A DNA stretch of 51,928 bases. Source: a virus. Location: UHGV virus genome UHGV-0019417. One strand, written 5' to 3'. Positions within the stretch are counted from its first letter, which is position 1. Each line of letters begins with the position of its first letter. The notes below the pieces were generated by a model, which saw only the letters and a program-made list of their open reading frames with translations, was not told the origin of the DNA and did not search any database. This document shows positions 17,901 through 28,060 of this stretch, piece by piece. A program made the position numbers and the translations under genes.

Positions 17901-18938
17901 AAGCAAGGCGGATTAGATTGGAGTGATGTGCAAATTGAATCTGCTGAATTAGCTGTAAAAGGTATAGATAAAAAACTTAAAAATTTAGGTAAACAAGGAA
18001 GTGTAACAGACATCATAAATAAAATTGGTAAATATGGACTTGGTGGTTCATTACTATCATTTTTAGGTTTTGATGATAACCAAATTTCTGCTTTTCTTGA
18101 TGCTACTGATACAGTAATTGAGCAGCTACAAAATATAGCCCAAGCTGAAGTTGATTTAGCTCAAACAGCTGTAGATAAAGCAAAAGAACGTGCTGATGCT
18201 GCAAAAGAAGCATATGATGCTGAAATTGAAGCTCGTAATAATGGCTATGCTAATAATGTTGCTACAGCTAAAAAAGAATTACAGCAAGAAAGATTAAACC
18301 AACAAAAGAAAGAACAGCTTCTTATAAAAGCACAAAAAAGGCAAGAAGCCATAAATACTGCAGTTCAAGCTTCAAATCTTGTTACAGCTTCAGCTATTCT
18401 TTGGAAAGAAATGTGTCAAGGTACTGGTATTCTTGGTCCTATATTAGCAGTAGCCGCAATTGCTGCTATGTGGGGTTCATTTACTGCTGCTAAAATTAAA
18501 GCAGCCCAAGTTACAAGAGCGCAAAGTCAAGAATATGGTGAGGGTGGTCTTGAGTTTCTTGATGGAGGTTCCCATGCTTCAGGTAATGATATAGATTTGC
18601 AAACAAAAAACAGCAAAGGTAAAAATATGCGTGCTGAAGGCGGTGAAGCTTTAGCTATTATAAATAAAAGACAAACAAGAAGATATAAACGAGAATTACC
18701 CTCTATTATTAAATCATTAAATGATGGTACATTTGAAGAAAAATTCTCAAAAGCTTTTGAACAAGGAGATAGCTTACAGCAATTGAGCATTAATAACACG
18801 AGTTGTAATATTACTGATTTATCGAAAATTGAAAAATTGATAAATGATATAAAAACTCAAAATGAAAATAAGTATATTCAAATGCCTGATGGTTCAATGC
18901 TTGAAATATCAAAAAATGTAAAACGTATAATAAGATGA
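14904..18938 (+). CDS. tail tape measure protein
   Basis: 1344 aa, largely alpha-helical/coiled-coil, Q/K/E/A-rich, with internal hydrophobic segments (IIGITILSAHG; ILGPILAVAAIAAMWGSF). Confidence 0.8.
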   Translation: MADEGKIKYSDLIQDDGTFDKLLTSIENINKSMLSMKSTIQSIASDIAKNFGTMTTSMSQSKEAIEKATISASNLSNANKALNEALSKSNSTFNNLKAKISDINSLSDNQKTIISSITSKYNEANASLTKYIEDYRNLSEAERNEAGVGKAILNTINNLKSQISQLTSQMKTEVSQITALQAAQQKLNFLRSEEGQKLLAVRKEISNIVSGRSSETQKVDALTAAQQKLQQAQSQEYQEIQKLNQQIKQAQKEQKLLATINSSAEGSYTRLAAQYELNKIKLNAMSAAERQSTESGKALEAETKNIYKQMIVLQEATGNHRLSVGNYARTWNGLGNAMNQVIREMPSMAVSMNTFFLAISNNLPILVDEIQNLKEKNKALIAQGKPAQSVMKTILKSIFSWQTAMIIGITILSAHGKEIINWISHIGDAATEAGRMSIAMENVNEKLKDTDGGYAQNIIKLKELSRKWSELRTNKEKNQFIRDNANEFKNLGVEVKNVEQAENILVKNTGIVIKAMELRAKAAAATALAQEEYKKSLATQAEFDLIADDKKKGGQGGQETLWQQIKGTFKALFQGDVKKFLKVSKYSKYATGNKNATGIYATSLLTEIADQREYANRYFEIAEKLEKQAADLLKGIGADYHKDPKKTPKGRTPTDLTDTINKNDIDIRKKYEQSITAITQNEYQKRRQEIATNLTAEIGALKEKYRKNEEYVKNVGKKYKALTAEQKKQIENQQQLIKKTIANNLKQLSIETAKINAEQKANNIALQREFLRNFQYKTSVRYDNTDYSNLSEHPDKYNLNPTDTFASNEKNKKTFDERLQLIKDSLGDELKTLQDALDAEEQLELDFHRQQQQQGIDDGNTELDIQAKYQKERTALITKYNQIIFNLDKKNIDASLELTRKGTDEQLRLQLEQNKLAESLELSANRALPAEQQVDDEKIKKKYKKNEVVIRAKFNLSGFEQFQEFEKNYFNLAQHTSIEIERFELQQEKDRWERQIQLAKQGGLDWSDVQIESAELAVKGIDKKLKNLGKQGSVTDIINKIGKYGLGGSLLSFLGFDDNQISAFLDATDTVIEQLQNIAQAEVDLAQTAVDKAKERADAAKEAYDAEIEARNNGYANNVATAKKELQQERLNQQKKEQLLIKAQKRQEAINTAVQASNLVTASAILWKEMCQGTGILGPILAVAAIAAMWGSFTAAKIKAAQVTRAQSQEYGEGGLEFLDGGSHASGNDIDLQTKNSKGKNMRAEGGEALAIINKRQTRRYKRELPSIIKSLNDGTFEEKFSKAFEQGDSLQQLSINNTSCNITDLSKIEKLINDIKTQNENKYIQMPDGSMLEISKNVKRIIR

Positions 18939-21637
18939 ATGATTTAAAATTTTATATTGGAGTTGAAAGTAATAATACCCTCTTAAATGATGGGTATTAT
19001 TACGATACAAATACTGGTGAATTTAAAGAAATTGATTCTACATATAAAGACGACGTTAGTGTTGTATATTGCAATTTAATAGAAATCAATCAAGCTAAAT
19101 TTATCAACTTCTTAATATCAGATAATACAATTAAATATTTTGATATAGAAGATATTCCTTCTTCAATTAAACCTTTTGGTGAAGGAAAGCTCATTTATAT
19201 GCTTGAATATGATAGTAATAATAAGTTTTTAAAGTGTACAAAGATTGATGAAAGTAAAATGTATAACATATTTATGCCTTTGGGTAATAATACGAAAAAA
19301 GTTGCTTTCCAATTTTGTAATTTTAAAACAAAATATAAAGCGAGTGAAAATTTAAATAAAATAATATTATATAAGCATGAAGCTACTCCACATTATAAGA
19401 ATCTAAAAAAAGAATCTAAAAAAGAATCTAACCAAGAATTTTTTAGAGACAGCATAAGTGGAAAAATAACATTATGGAAAAAAGATTATGATTTTATAAA
19501 TAACCAATCAATCAATAGCAATTTATATTTTTGCATAGTTAAGAATAATGAATTTTTAATCGATTCTGTTTTTAACAAAATTGATTGTAAATATGATGGC
19601 TTTAAAAAAAGTGTAGAATTAAAATTATCTTCACATGATAAGTATAAACAGATTTTAGATAATTATGAAAAAACATTTGATTTAATAAAGCTATCTACAA
19701 AAAAATCAAAAATAACGTTAACAAAAAGAGCTATAGTACAAATCTATATAAAAGGAGAAAGTGTTATATCAAGTTATGCTGGTGGAACATACTGGGAAGA
19801 TGATGTAAAAGATGTTATAACCGATGAAAATGCACTTTTAAAAAAATATTATTTTTCAAAAGGCCCAATGCAGTATGAATATTCAAATAAAAGTATAGGA
19901 TTTTCAGCTGTAATTCAAAAATCTGATACTTGGACTGATAGCAACGATAATACTATAAAATTTATCAAAGTAGCAAATAAAGGTGATGATATTGGTAGTA
20001 TTTTTTTACCTGGAGTAGGCACATATTATATTGAAGGATATGGACCTAGACTATATGATGATACAAATATACAAATTAGAAAAGGCCAACCACAATCAGG
20101 TTATACAAATTTATTTTATGATTTGTATCAAATACAACTTACAATAGGTGGCAAAAAATATTATTCAAGAAAAGCTTATGCTAAATATGATTCTGATGAT
20201 TTTATAATTACTAATCAGTCTAATACTGCTTATCCTATGACAGGTGGCATTTACTTAGGAGATGGCATAATTATAAATTCAATATGGGGAAGATTAATAT
20301 GTGATGTTGACACAGCTTATGGAACACAACTATATGATTTACCGTATGATGATTTTGCTATAAATAGGTCTAACTATAAAAAATGTATAGGTTTAAGATT
20401 TACTGAAAATGAAAACACATTAGTACACTTCGAATACAGCGCTGAATCTTCAGAGGATGCTACTTCCTATGGATTAAATGATTTTGGGACATACTTTGTT
20501 ATGCCTTATTCAATTGATAATAGAAATTACTATCCTGTATGTAAGAGTGCATGGGCTAACACCTCAATATGGGTTTATTTTGGAAATGATGCGATTGGGT
20601 ATACAGCTTTTGAAAATTTTATATCTAAATATTATAAAGAATATACTATAAAAGATGCTATGCATATTGCTGATATTATTTCATCATTATTAAAAGAAAT
20701 AAATCCAGCATTAAGGCATGAAGCTACTTCAGAATATAGCAATTTTCTATACAGTAATGCTAATAACCTAGCTTCATCTAACTATTTAGGTAATTGCCAA
20801 TTATATATAACACAGAAAACAAATATTTTAAAAGGAGAGTATGACCAAGCAGCTCAAAAATCTGAAATTACATTAAAAGCTATTCTTGAAATGCTCCGCG
20901 ATAGTTTCAAATGCTATTGGTTTATTGATAATAAAAACAGATTTAGAATTGAACATATTAGTTACTTTTTAAACGGTGGAAGTTATAACAACTCTAATAA
21001 CGTGCAGCTTGATTTAACAAGTAAAAAAGATATATTTAACAAGCAATTTCTGTTGTATTCTCAATATGAATTAGACTATAGTAAATCTGAATTAAATTCT
21101 CAATATAGCTTTAAATGGATGGATGATTCTACTGATTCAATGGCTAATTTAGTTGTTGACTTTAAGAATAATTATCTATTAGACACAAGTAGTGAAGAAA
21201 TTACTGTAAATAATTTTTCAGCGGATATTGATTATATGTTATTTAATCCAGATAACTTTTCTGACGATGGATATGCAATATTATTAGCAGATAAAAATAC
21301 TAAAAAAGTACCGATTATTAAAAATACACTTTTAAATAACTTATGGAAAAAATTTGAATATATTGTTTATACACAAAATTGGTATATGTCATGGAATAAT
21401 CTCATTCATCATTATTCTTATGATTTACCAGGTAATAGGCTATCTTTAAATAATATTGAGAGCTTACATGTTAATGGTATAAAACATATTTTAAATCATA
21501 ACATAAAAATTCAAATACAAAATTTCGTATTAGATAAATATAGATTAATAAAAACTAAAATAGGTAATGGGCAAATTGAAAGTATATCAACCGACATTGA
21601 TACGCAAATAAGTGAAATAAATCTCTCTTATGATTAA
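18935..21637 (+). CDS. large tail/baseplate protein
   Basis: 900-aa ORF directly after the tape measure (ATGA overlap). Confidence 0.5.
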   Translation: MNDLKFYIGVESNNTLLNDGYYYDTNTGEFKEIDSTYKDDVSVVYCNLIEINQAKFINFLISDNTIKYFDIEDIPSSIKPFGEGKLIYMLEYDSNNKFLKCTKIDESKMYNIFMPLGNNTKKVAFQFCNFKTKYKASENLNKIILYKHEATPHYKNLKKESKKESNQEFFRDSISGKITLWKKDYDFINNQSINSNLYFCIVKNNEFLIDSVFNKIDCKYDGFKKSVELKLSSHDKYKQILDNYEKTFDLIKLSTKKSKITLTKRAIVQIYIKGESVISSYAGGTYWEDDVKDVITDENALLKKYYFSKGPMQYEYSNKSIGFSAVIQKSDTWTDSNDNTIKFIKVANKGDDIGSIFLPGVGTYYIEGYGPRLYDDTNIQIRKGQPQSGYTNLFYDLYQIQLTIGGKKYYSRKAYAKYDSDDFIITNQSNTAYPMTGGIYLGDGIIINSIWGRLICDVDTAYGTQLYDLPYDDFAINRSNYKKCIGLRFTENENTLVHFEYSAESSEDATSYGLNDFGTYFVMPYSIDNRNYYPVCKSAWANTSIWVYFGNDAIGYTAFENFISKYYKEYTIKDAMHIADIISSLLKEINPALRHEATSEYSNFLYSNANNLASSNYLGNCQLYITQKTNILKGEYDQAAQKSEITLKAILEMLRDSFKCYWFIDNKNRFRIEHISYFLNGGSYNNSNNVQLDLTSKKDIFNKQFLLYSQYELDYSKSELNSQYSFKWMDDSTDSMANLVVDFKNNYLLDTSSEEITVNNFSADIDYMLFNPDNFSDDGYAILLADKNTKKVPIIKNTLLNNLWKKFEYIVYTQNWYMSWNNLIHHYSYDLPGNRLSLNNIESLHVNGIKHILNHNIKIQIQNFVLDKYRLIKTKIGNGQIESISTDIDTQISEINLSYD

Positions 21638-21676
21638 TTATTAAAATGCTATAAAAAATATGAATAAACTTTAAAA

Positions 21677-21710
21677 TATTTTTAAGTTATATTCATATTT
21701 TTTATATTTG
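21677..21710 (+). promoter_or_regulatory. promoter (-7 TATATTTG at 21703-21710)
   Basis: TTTATATTTGCAAATAT about 20 nt upstream of ATG at 21731. Confidence 0.45.
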
Positions 21711-21730
21711 CAAATATAAAAATTTTTAAT

Positions 21731-22582
21731 ATGGATAAAATAATTTGCTTATCACCATTGGCTTTTTATGATAATATAAATAAGCAAAGCCATAGAAAAA
21801 GTTATGCATATAACCATATATCTCCTTTGATAATGAATTTAGGTATAATTGATTCATTTCAAATTTGTATTGGTAAGTATGACAAAGCTGTAAAAATAAG
21901 CAACGTGTATTTAGTTAATTATAAAACTAATAAGCAAATAGATATAAAATCAAAGCTAGAAGAAAACGGATTAAAGCTTTATAATAATAATGATTATGCT
22001 TTGATTGAATATCCTGGTTTTTTAAATACGATAGTTGTAGAAGAAGGATTTTATTATTTAAAAATAGTATTAAGCAATAAAAATACATATTTTTCAGAAA
22101 TTTTTTGCTTTACTAATTCTACTGAAAGCCACTTAGAAATAAAATATAACAATCCAAATAGTAGATTTTATCTAAAAAATGGCATTATTGATTTGAGGCA
22201 ATTATCATTTGTAATACGATTACGAACAGAACTTGGTAAACCAGAATACTCATTTGAAGAAGAATCTACAAAAAGATTAGGGTATTCATTTATAGAAAGT
22301 CAAGTTAGTAAAAAAGTATATAAATTCAATGTAGTATTACCAGAATACCAATGTGATGCTTTGAGGCTTATTAGGCTTTGCTCTAATAAAAAATTATCAA
22401 CTTTTGATTCAGAATACGAGCTTATTACTTTTGAAATGGATGTAGATTGGCAAGAACAAGGAGATTTAGCTTCAGTTAATTGCCAATTTGATGTTGATAA
22501 TATTATTTATAATAGTGGCGATATAAGCATTATGAAAGGTGACTTTAATAATGACTTTAACATTGATTTTAAAAAAGATTAA
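21731..22582 (+). CDS. hypothetical tail protein
   Basis: 283-aa ORF. Confidence 0.4.
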   Translation: MDKIICLSPLAFYDNINKQSHRKSYAYNHISPLIMNLGIIDSFQICIGKYDKAVKISNVYLVNYKTNKQIDIKSKLEENGLKLYNNNDYALIEYPGFLNTIVVEEGFYYLKIVLSNKNTYFSEIFCFTNSTESHLEIKYNNPNSRFYLKNGIIDLRQLSFVIRLRTELGKPEYSFEEESTKRLGYSFIESQVSKKVYKFNVVLPEYQCDALRLIRLCSNKKLSTFDSEYELITFEMDVDWQEQGDLASVNCQFDVDNIIYNSGDISIMKGDFNNDFNIDFKKD

Positions 22583-22585
22583 AAT

Positions 22586-23677
22586 ATGACAACTGAAGAA
22601 TTAAAAAAATATATTGATAATAATGTATTCAAGCAAGGTTCAGCAAGTGCTAAAATCCTAGCGCCTTTATTAAATGCTATTACTGATAAATTAAATGAAA
22701 GTAATGATGGCTTAGTTGAAACAAGTCCTATTCTCATTGAAAAAGAGGCCGTTCAAACAGAAACAAATTCAACTATGTATAATGTTACTAATGAACAGCA
22801 AGAAATAAATTCTGTTATAAGAATTGTAAATGAAAATAACCATAATGCAAGAATTGTTGTTTCTGATAATAAGCTAACAATCTTATTTTCAATTATTGAA
22901 TATGCAAATGATAGTGTAACTGCAATTACTCCTGCACATGATGGCTATTATTATTTACATTTAAGTACTGAAAATAACAGCTCATATTTGAATCATTATT
23001 CTTTTATAGAAGCTATTTCTCCTGTTACTGAAGCTGAAATTGAAGTATATAGTAAGCTTTTCAATGCTACATATGATAAACAAAGTAATAAATTCCAAGT
23101 TTTGGTTGGTAGTACACTTTATAAATTGAGTCCTGCTGATATGTTACTAGCAGACCAAGAATATGATAAAGTAGCTAATACTACTAATTACACTGCTATG
23201 TGGGCCAATTCAAAATCAAAATACATAAAATGCCATGAATGGTTTAATGGTTTTTCAACTGACATTGATTTGCACAGCACTTTTTATGGATGTAAAGAAA
23301 CAGAAGCTATAGATTTAAATGTAGATGATGAATTGGTTGTATCAAATTTAACTAATGCTTTTGCTAATTGTGAAAGCTTACAAGAAGTAACTGGTATAAT
23401 TGCTTTACCAGAAAGTGGGTATTCTGTATTTGGAGCATTCAATAAATGCATTAAATTACACTCAATAAAGCTTAAAAATTTAGGATTAGATGTAAGCTTT
23501 ATGCATAGCCCGCAAATAACAGCTGAATCAATTAAATATATTATTGATAATGCTAAACCAAATACTGCATTTACAATCACTTTAAATCCTACAGTTTTAG
23601 AAAAATACAATTCATCACAAGATTGGGCTTATGTACGTTCTAGTGTTGAACAAAATGGTAAAATTAAAATAGCTTAA
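22586..23677 (+). CDS. tail-fibre-like protein
   Basis: 363 aa; N-terminal motif (ILAPLLNAITDKLN) resembles the N-terminus of the next, larger fibre ORF. Confidence 0.45.
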   Translation: MTTEELKKYIDNNVFKQGSASAKILAPLLNAITDKLNESNDGLVETSPILIEKEAVQTETNSTMYNVTNEQQEINSVIRIVNENNHNARIVVSDNKLTILFSIIEYANDSVTAITPAHDGYYYLHLSTENNSSYLNHYSFIEAISPVTEAEIEVYSKLFNATYDKQSNKFQVLVGSTLYKLSPADMLLADQEYDKVANTTNYTAMWANSKSKYIKCHEWFNGFSTDIDLHSTFYGCKETEAIDLNVDDELVVSNLTNAFANCESLQEVTGIIALPESGYSVFGAFNKCIKLHSIKLKNLGLDVSFMHSPQITAESIKYIIDNAKPNTAFTITLNPTVLEKYNSSQDWAYVRSSVEQNGKIKIA

Positions 23678-23678
23678 A

Positions 23679-25208
23679 ATGGGAAATTTTGATACAACAA
23701 AAATGGCTATTAAAAATGTTATCAAAAAAAATAATAACCAAGAAATTACTGGCGATATACTCCAAACTGTATTGATAAATATGCTAAATAATATAGGAGT
23801 AGGATTTATTTTTGGTGGAATAGCCGACCCAACTACTAAACCAGAATCTTTAACAGGCACAAATGCTCCTGTATTTTATATATCAAATAAAGTTGGTACT
23901 TATGTAAATTTTGATAGCATAGTTGTTAATGAAAATGAACTTGCATTTTTAGTTAATGGAAGTGATAAAAAATGGAAAAAATTTTCTATTAACATTCCAA
24001 TAGCAACTATATTAAATGATGGACTATTAGCAAAAAAAGATAAAGCATATATCGAAACTCTTAAGCCGTGGCTTATTGCACATGATAATGTGACGACCAT
24101 TGATGCACTTAATCAAGAGCTTGATGCATTTGGTACGAAAACTGCACAAGGTTTACATGAAATGAAGTGCTTTGGTATTCCTTTATTTGTGACATTCGCA
24201 AACCTTAATGTTGGTGACAGTATATTAATGCAAACGATACAAGGCAGTATTACTTTTAATTCAACAAAAACAAGTATTGCGTCAATCAACACAGTTGGCA
24301 ACTTGACTATTGCAGTTCGTTACTATCAAAGTGGCAAGTGGGGTACATGGAATACTCCATTGTCACAAATCAATCCTCCAACTGCGCAGACTGGCACATC
24401 TGGAACAAAGGTCAATTATGTATATTCGCAAGGTAAGAGCCAAGACACTAAGACTATTATCACATCAAAATTTTGGATATACAAGCACGGCGACTATAAC
24501 CTGTTTCTGCGCTTCAAGCATTGGGGCGCGAATAATGACGAGGCAGAGGAGAATTACAGCCAGGTGCAGCTGCCAAACGCATGGACGGGAAGTAATGGGC
24601 TGTTGCGCCGCGACATATACGCACGCCTTGATGCTTTTGAACTTCGCGAGCAGAACTCTTCTGCTACAGAGGTAAAAATAGTAACCCCGATTTTCACAAC
24701 TGGTGGCACAAGAGAGCTAACCATATCACAAGCTACTACTGCTAAAGCAGGTGTGATGACAGCAAAGGATAAGACAAAGCTTAATAATTTAAAATTTGCT
24801 AAGGTTGTTTATAATTTAGAGGATACTACTTTTCAAGAAGTGGCTGTTGATAAATATCCTTCTAACTCAGAGGACTATGTAGCTGGAAATCATTTTAAAA
24901 TGTATCATACAGCAGAAAAAGATTTACCTGTTGGCACTAACCCAAAAAAAATTGGAATATGGTTTGGTGAATATCTCGGCCCTACTGCTGGATATAGAAG
25001 ATATGATACTAAAAGTATATGTGGAATATCATCAGAAAAATTATACAGCATTACACCCGCTAATGAAAGTTTAAAAGATTATTTATTTGTTGATATTAAT
25101 AAAAACATTGTAACATTAACAAAAAATTCTAATGGCCTCTCTGTAGAAGTTAATAGAACTTTAGAAACATTACTAACAGTGAATGATATAATAAAATTAT
25201 CTAAATAA
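23679..25208 (+). CDS. tail fibre / receptor-binding protein with a GC-rich mosaic central block
   Basis: 509 aa; N-terminus ITGDILQTVLINMLNNIG similar to the previous ORF; 24290-24780 is about 50% GC against about 30% background. Confidence 0.5.
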   Translation: MGNFDTTKMAIKNVIKKNNNQEITGDILQTVLINMLNNIGVGFIFGGIADPTTKPESLTGTNAPVFYISNKVGTYVNFDSIVVNENELAFLVNGSDKKWKKFSINIPIATILNDGLLAKKDKAYIETLKPWLIAHDNVTTIDALNQELDAFGTKTAQGLHEMKCFGIPLFVTFANLNVGDSILMQTIQGSITFNSTKTSIASINTVGNLTIAVRYYQSGKWGTWNTPLSQINPPTAQTGTSGTKVNYVYSQGKSQDTKTIITSKFWIYKHGDYNLFLRFKHWGANNDEAEENYSQVQLPNAWTGSNGLLRRDIYARLDAFELREQNSSATEVKIVTPIFTTGGTRELTISQATTAKAGVMTAKDKTKLNNLKFAKVVYNLEDTTFQEVAVDKYPSNSEDYVAGNHFKMYHTAEKDLPVGTNPKKIGIWFGEYLGPTAGYRRYDTKSICGISSEKLYSITPANESLKDYLFVDINKNIVTLTKNSNGLSVEVNRTLETLLTVNDIIKLSK

Positions 25209-25262
25209 AGCCCTTCGAAGATGCAATATTTTAATTTACTAACTTTTTAAATTTAAACTATT

Positions 25263-26087
25263 ATGAGTGATTTTGAAAAAGTTTATTGCCTCGATGGTAA
25301 TAGAGGCAATGATGCTCTTGCTTATGCAGCAATGGCTAATAAAAACAATGACCCAATGGCTATGGCTGCTATGATGAATGGTGGTATGAATGGTCAATGG
25401 AATAATCCTTTTATTTACCTTGTATGGATGATGTTTGCTCAACGTATGTGGAATAACAACGGTTGTGGGCAGAATCTTCAGTCAGCTGAAATTCAAAGTC
25501 AAATTCAAGCTATGCGTTCACAGATGGCAGATAACCAGAATAGTAATCTTCTTATGGATGCTATTAAAGGTAATGCTTCCTCTATTAACCAGCTCGCTGC
25601 TAATTTGAATTGTGATTTTAATACACTTAACTCTGCAATTTGTGATGTTCGTGGTGGAATCGATAAGCTTTCTGGGCAAGTTGGATTCTCAGCTGAACGT
25701 ATTGTAAATGCAGTTCAGTCTGGCCAAGCTTCGATTGTATCAGCACTACAGAACTGTTGCTGCCAAACACAAAAAGAGATTCTTAATCTTAAAGGCGATA
25801 TGAATCTTGGAATGTGTCAGCAGACTAATACATTACAAAATGCAATTAACTTTGTAAATAATTCTGTAGAACGCGGATTCTCATCTACTGCTTTCCAAGC
25901 ACAGCAAGACAAATGTGATTTGATTCGAGCAGGTCAAGATAATACACAGAGGATTATTGATACTTTGAATCAGCATTGGCAGTCTGATTTGCAGCAGCGA
26001 TATAATGATGCTAGACTTGAGCTTTCACAGCAAAAGCAAAATGCAACTTTAATTGCAGCTCTTAGTAAAACTACAGCTACGGCTTAA
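25263..26087 (+). CDS. hypothetical Q/N/M- and Cys-rich protein
   Basis: 274-aa ORF, motifs NCCCQ and MCQQ. Confidence 0.4.
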   Translation: MSDFEKVYCLDGNRGNDALAYAAMANKNNDPMAMAAMMNGGMNGQWNNPFIYLVWMMFAQRMWNNNGCGQNLQSAEIQSQIQAMRSQMADNQNSNLLMDAIKGNASSINQLAANLNCDFNTLNSAICDVRGGIDKLSGQVGFSAERIVNAVQSGQASIVSALQNCCCQTQKEILNLKGDMNLGMCQQTNTLQNAINFVNNSVERGFSSTAFQAQQDKCDLIRAGQDNTQRIIDTLNQHWQSDLQQRYNDARLELSQQKQNATLIAALSKTTATA

Positions 26088-26099
26088 TTGTTAAAACAA

Positions 26100-26150
26100 A
26101 GTATGGCTAGTATTATATAATGCTAGCCATACTTATAAATTTATATTATT
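26100..26150 (+). terminator. candidate intrinsic terminator
   Basis: AGTATGGCTAG ... CTAGCCATACT 11-bp stem followed by an AT/T-rich tail. Confidence 0.45.
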
Positions 26151-26618
26151 ATGGCACTTCTATTTAAAGACCTACGAGCTAATTATCCATTACATATCTT
26201 GGATAAAAATGAATTAACAATAAAGCAAGGTAAAGTTACATCTGTATCTATTCCAAGAATTGAGCCTACTTGTCCTGGTCAAATGGTTATTGATTTAGGA
26301 ATTGAATTAGATGGTAAATCAGGTTCTTATGTTTTACCAGAAAATCAATCAGTTGCATATGCTAAGAACCTTATTTTGACTACAGAAAAACAAGCTTTGA
26401 TTGCTGAGGTAGAAGCTTTAAAAGCTAATGCAGAGCAGATATTAAATTCTGTAGAATCACAAAAAGAAATTTTAGCTAAATCAGAACAGCTACTTTCTGA
26501 ATTAAATCCGGCTTTTAAAGAAAAACGGGAAACTTCAGAAAGATTAAATCGTATGGAAGATGCAATTGCTAAACTTTCAGAATCAGTTACTAGCTTAATA
26601 AATGAATTTAAAAAGTAA
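26151..26618 (+). CDS. hypothetical protein with a C-terminal coiled coil
   Basis: 155-aa ORF. Confidence 0.4.
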   Translation: MALLFKDLRANYPLHILDKNELTIKQGKVTSVSIPRIEPTCPGQMVIDLGIELDGKSGSYVLPENQSVAYAKNLILTTEKQALIAEVEALKANAEQILNSVESQKEILAKSEQLLSELNPAFKEKRETSERLNRMEDAIAKLSESVTSLINEFKK

Positions 26619-26620
26619 AA

Positions 26621-27040
26621 TTGTATATGTTACATGCTTATATTTTAATAAAAAAGGAACAGCATAATAACTTTAAAGAGTATGTTAAAAAGCATGGATA
26701 TCATTTTACTGATGACCTTGCTGATTATGCTTCAAATTTAATGGAGCCTTATTCTAGTGCTATTCCAAAAATAAAATCATCAGAAATACCGAATTATATA
26801 AATGAAGATATAAGGTTAAAAGCTAAATTTCATAGCTCAAATGGAGATTTAGCATACCTTATAAATATGTATAATACAGATTTTGCTAATACAGGTTTAT
26901 TTTCATCTATCAAAGATTTTGTACATATGGCAGTATCAATTATTAATGATGAAGATGGATATGCTGGAATGATATTTGATAGATGGCTAACAGATATAAA
27001 AGCAAAAGAAATAGAAATTGATTGGAAGAAATACGTATAA
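26621..27040 (+). CDS. hypothetical protein
   Basis: 139-aa ORF. Confidence 0.4.
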   Translation: MYMLHAYILIKKEQHNNFKEYVKKHGYHFTDDLADYASNLMEPYSSAIPKIKSSEIPNYINEDIRLKAKFHSSNGDLAYLINMYNTDFANTGLFSSIKDFVHMAVSIINDEDGYAGMIFDRWLTDIKAKEIEIDWKKYV

Positions 27041-27043
27041 AAT

Positions 27044-27517
27044 ATGCTAGAATTAATCGAAGCACAAAACATAAATGCAATTATGTATTATATATTTATA
27101 AGAATTGCAGTAATACTTATTTGTTGGTTTTTTATGATTTGTGCAAGCCTTGTTGATTTTTGGAGTGGAACAGATGCAGCTAAAGCATGTGGAGAAAAAT
27201 TATTTTCACATGGATTTAGAAGAACAGTTAAAAAGATAGGTGATTATGCAAGAGTAATGCTTTTCTTTTTAATGTTTGATATTTTAGGATGTATGCTTTC
27301 ATTCTATATTTTACCTTTTGCAACTATGCTAGGTACAATAGCTGTTATACTAATAGAAGGAAAATCAGTTATAGAAAACAGTAAACGTAAAAAAGCAAAT
27401 GCAGCAAATATACCTGATGTTATAAACGGTATTGTAAATGCTGCTACTACAGATGAAGGAAAAAAAATTTTTAATCAAATATTACAGTTAGCTACTAAAA
27501 ATGAGAAAAATAAATGA
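27044..27517 (+). CDS. holin-like membrane protein
   Basis: 157 aa with at least 3 predicted TM helices; immediately upstream of and overlapping the endolysin gene. Confidence 0.45.
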   Translation: MLELIEAQNINAIMYYIFIRIAVILICWFFMICASLVDFWSGTDAAKACGEKLFSHGFRRTVKKIGDYARVMLFFLMFDILGCMLSFYILPFATMLGTIAVILIEGKSVIENSKRKKANAANIPDVINGIVNAATTDEGKKIFNQILQLATKNEKNK

Positions 27518-27929
27518 AATAATTTTGCATTGCTCTGCTACGCCAGAGAATAAAAATTTTACAGTTGAAGATATTACAAAATGGCACAATGCTAAAGGAT
27601 GGGATGGATGTGGTTATCATTATGTTATTCATTTAGATGGCACAATACATAATGGCAGGCCTTTACAAAAGATTGGTGCACACTGCTTAGGCCACAATAC
27701 TAATTCTATCGGCATTTGCTATATAGGTGGAGTAGATAAAAATGGAAAACCAAAAGATACTCGTACTGATGCACAGAAAAAAGCATTAATCATTTTAGTA
27801 CATGAGTTACTTGTAAAATATAATCTTAAGCTTTATCAAGTGCATTGCCATTATGAATATGCAGCAAAAGCTTGTCCAAGCTTTAAAATAGAAGATTTTA
27901 AAAAAGATTACCAAAAAATTTTTAAATAA
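27501..27929 (+). CDS. endolysin, N-acetylmuramoyl-L-alanine amidase (Amidase_2/PGRP, T7-lysozyme-like)
   Basis: motifs IILHCSAT, GYHYVIHLDGTIHNGRP, GAHCLGHN, CPSF; Zn ligands H/H/C in canonical positions. Confidence 0.85.
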   Translation: MRKINEIILHCSATPENKNFTVEDITKWHNAKGWDGCGYHYVIHLDGTIHNGRPLQKIGAHCLGHNTNSIGICYIGGVDKNGKPKDTRTDAQKKALIILVHELLVKYNLKLYQVHCHYEYAAKACPSFKIEDFKKDYQKIFK

Positions 27930-28008
27930 TTTAAAAAATTATTCTAGGCTATTCTGAGAGGCTTTATTTTATAAAACGATAGTTTATATTACTTTTATGT
28001 AAAAGCTT

Positions 28009-28047
28009 CCCAGAATAGCCTAGAGTAGCTCTGGGACTATTTTTTTT
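28009..28047 (+). terminator. terminator after the endolysin
   Basis: CCCAGA ... TCTGGG stem followed by TTTTTTTT; a longer 13-bp outer stem CTAGGCTATTCTG/CAGAATAGCCTAG also present. Confidence 0.6.
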
Positions 28048-28060
28048 ATATGTATTTAAT

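Noticed and set aside
14885-18799. Minus-strand ORFs 14885..15139, 17444..17752, 18527..18799 inside the tape measure gene
   Set aside because: Antisense to a 1344-aa CDS, low-complexity translations; shadow ORFs.
24310-24675. Overlapping plus-strand ORF inside the tail-fibre gene
   Set aside because: Created by the locally GC-rich mosaic block (fewer stop codons); it lies out of frame within a long, well-supported CDS.
24290-24780. Diversity-generating retroelement (DGR) targeting the tail fibre
   Set aside because: No reverse transcriptase ORF (no YxDD-type motif found in any ORF) and no second template-repeat copy of the GC-rich segment elsewhere in the window.
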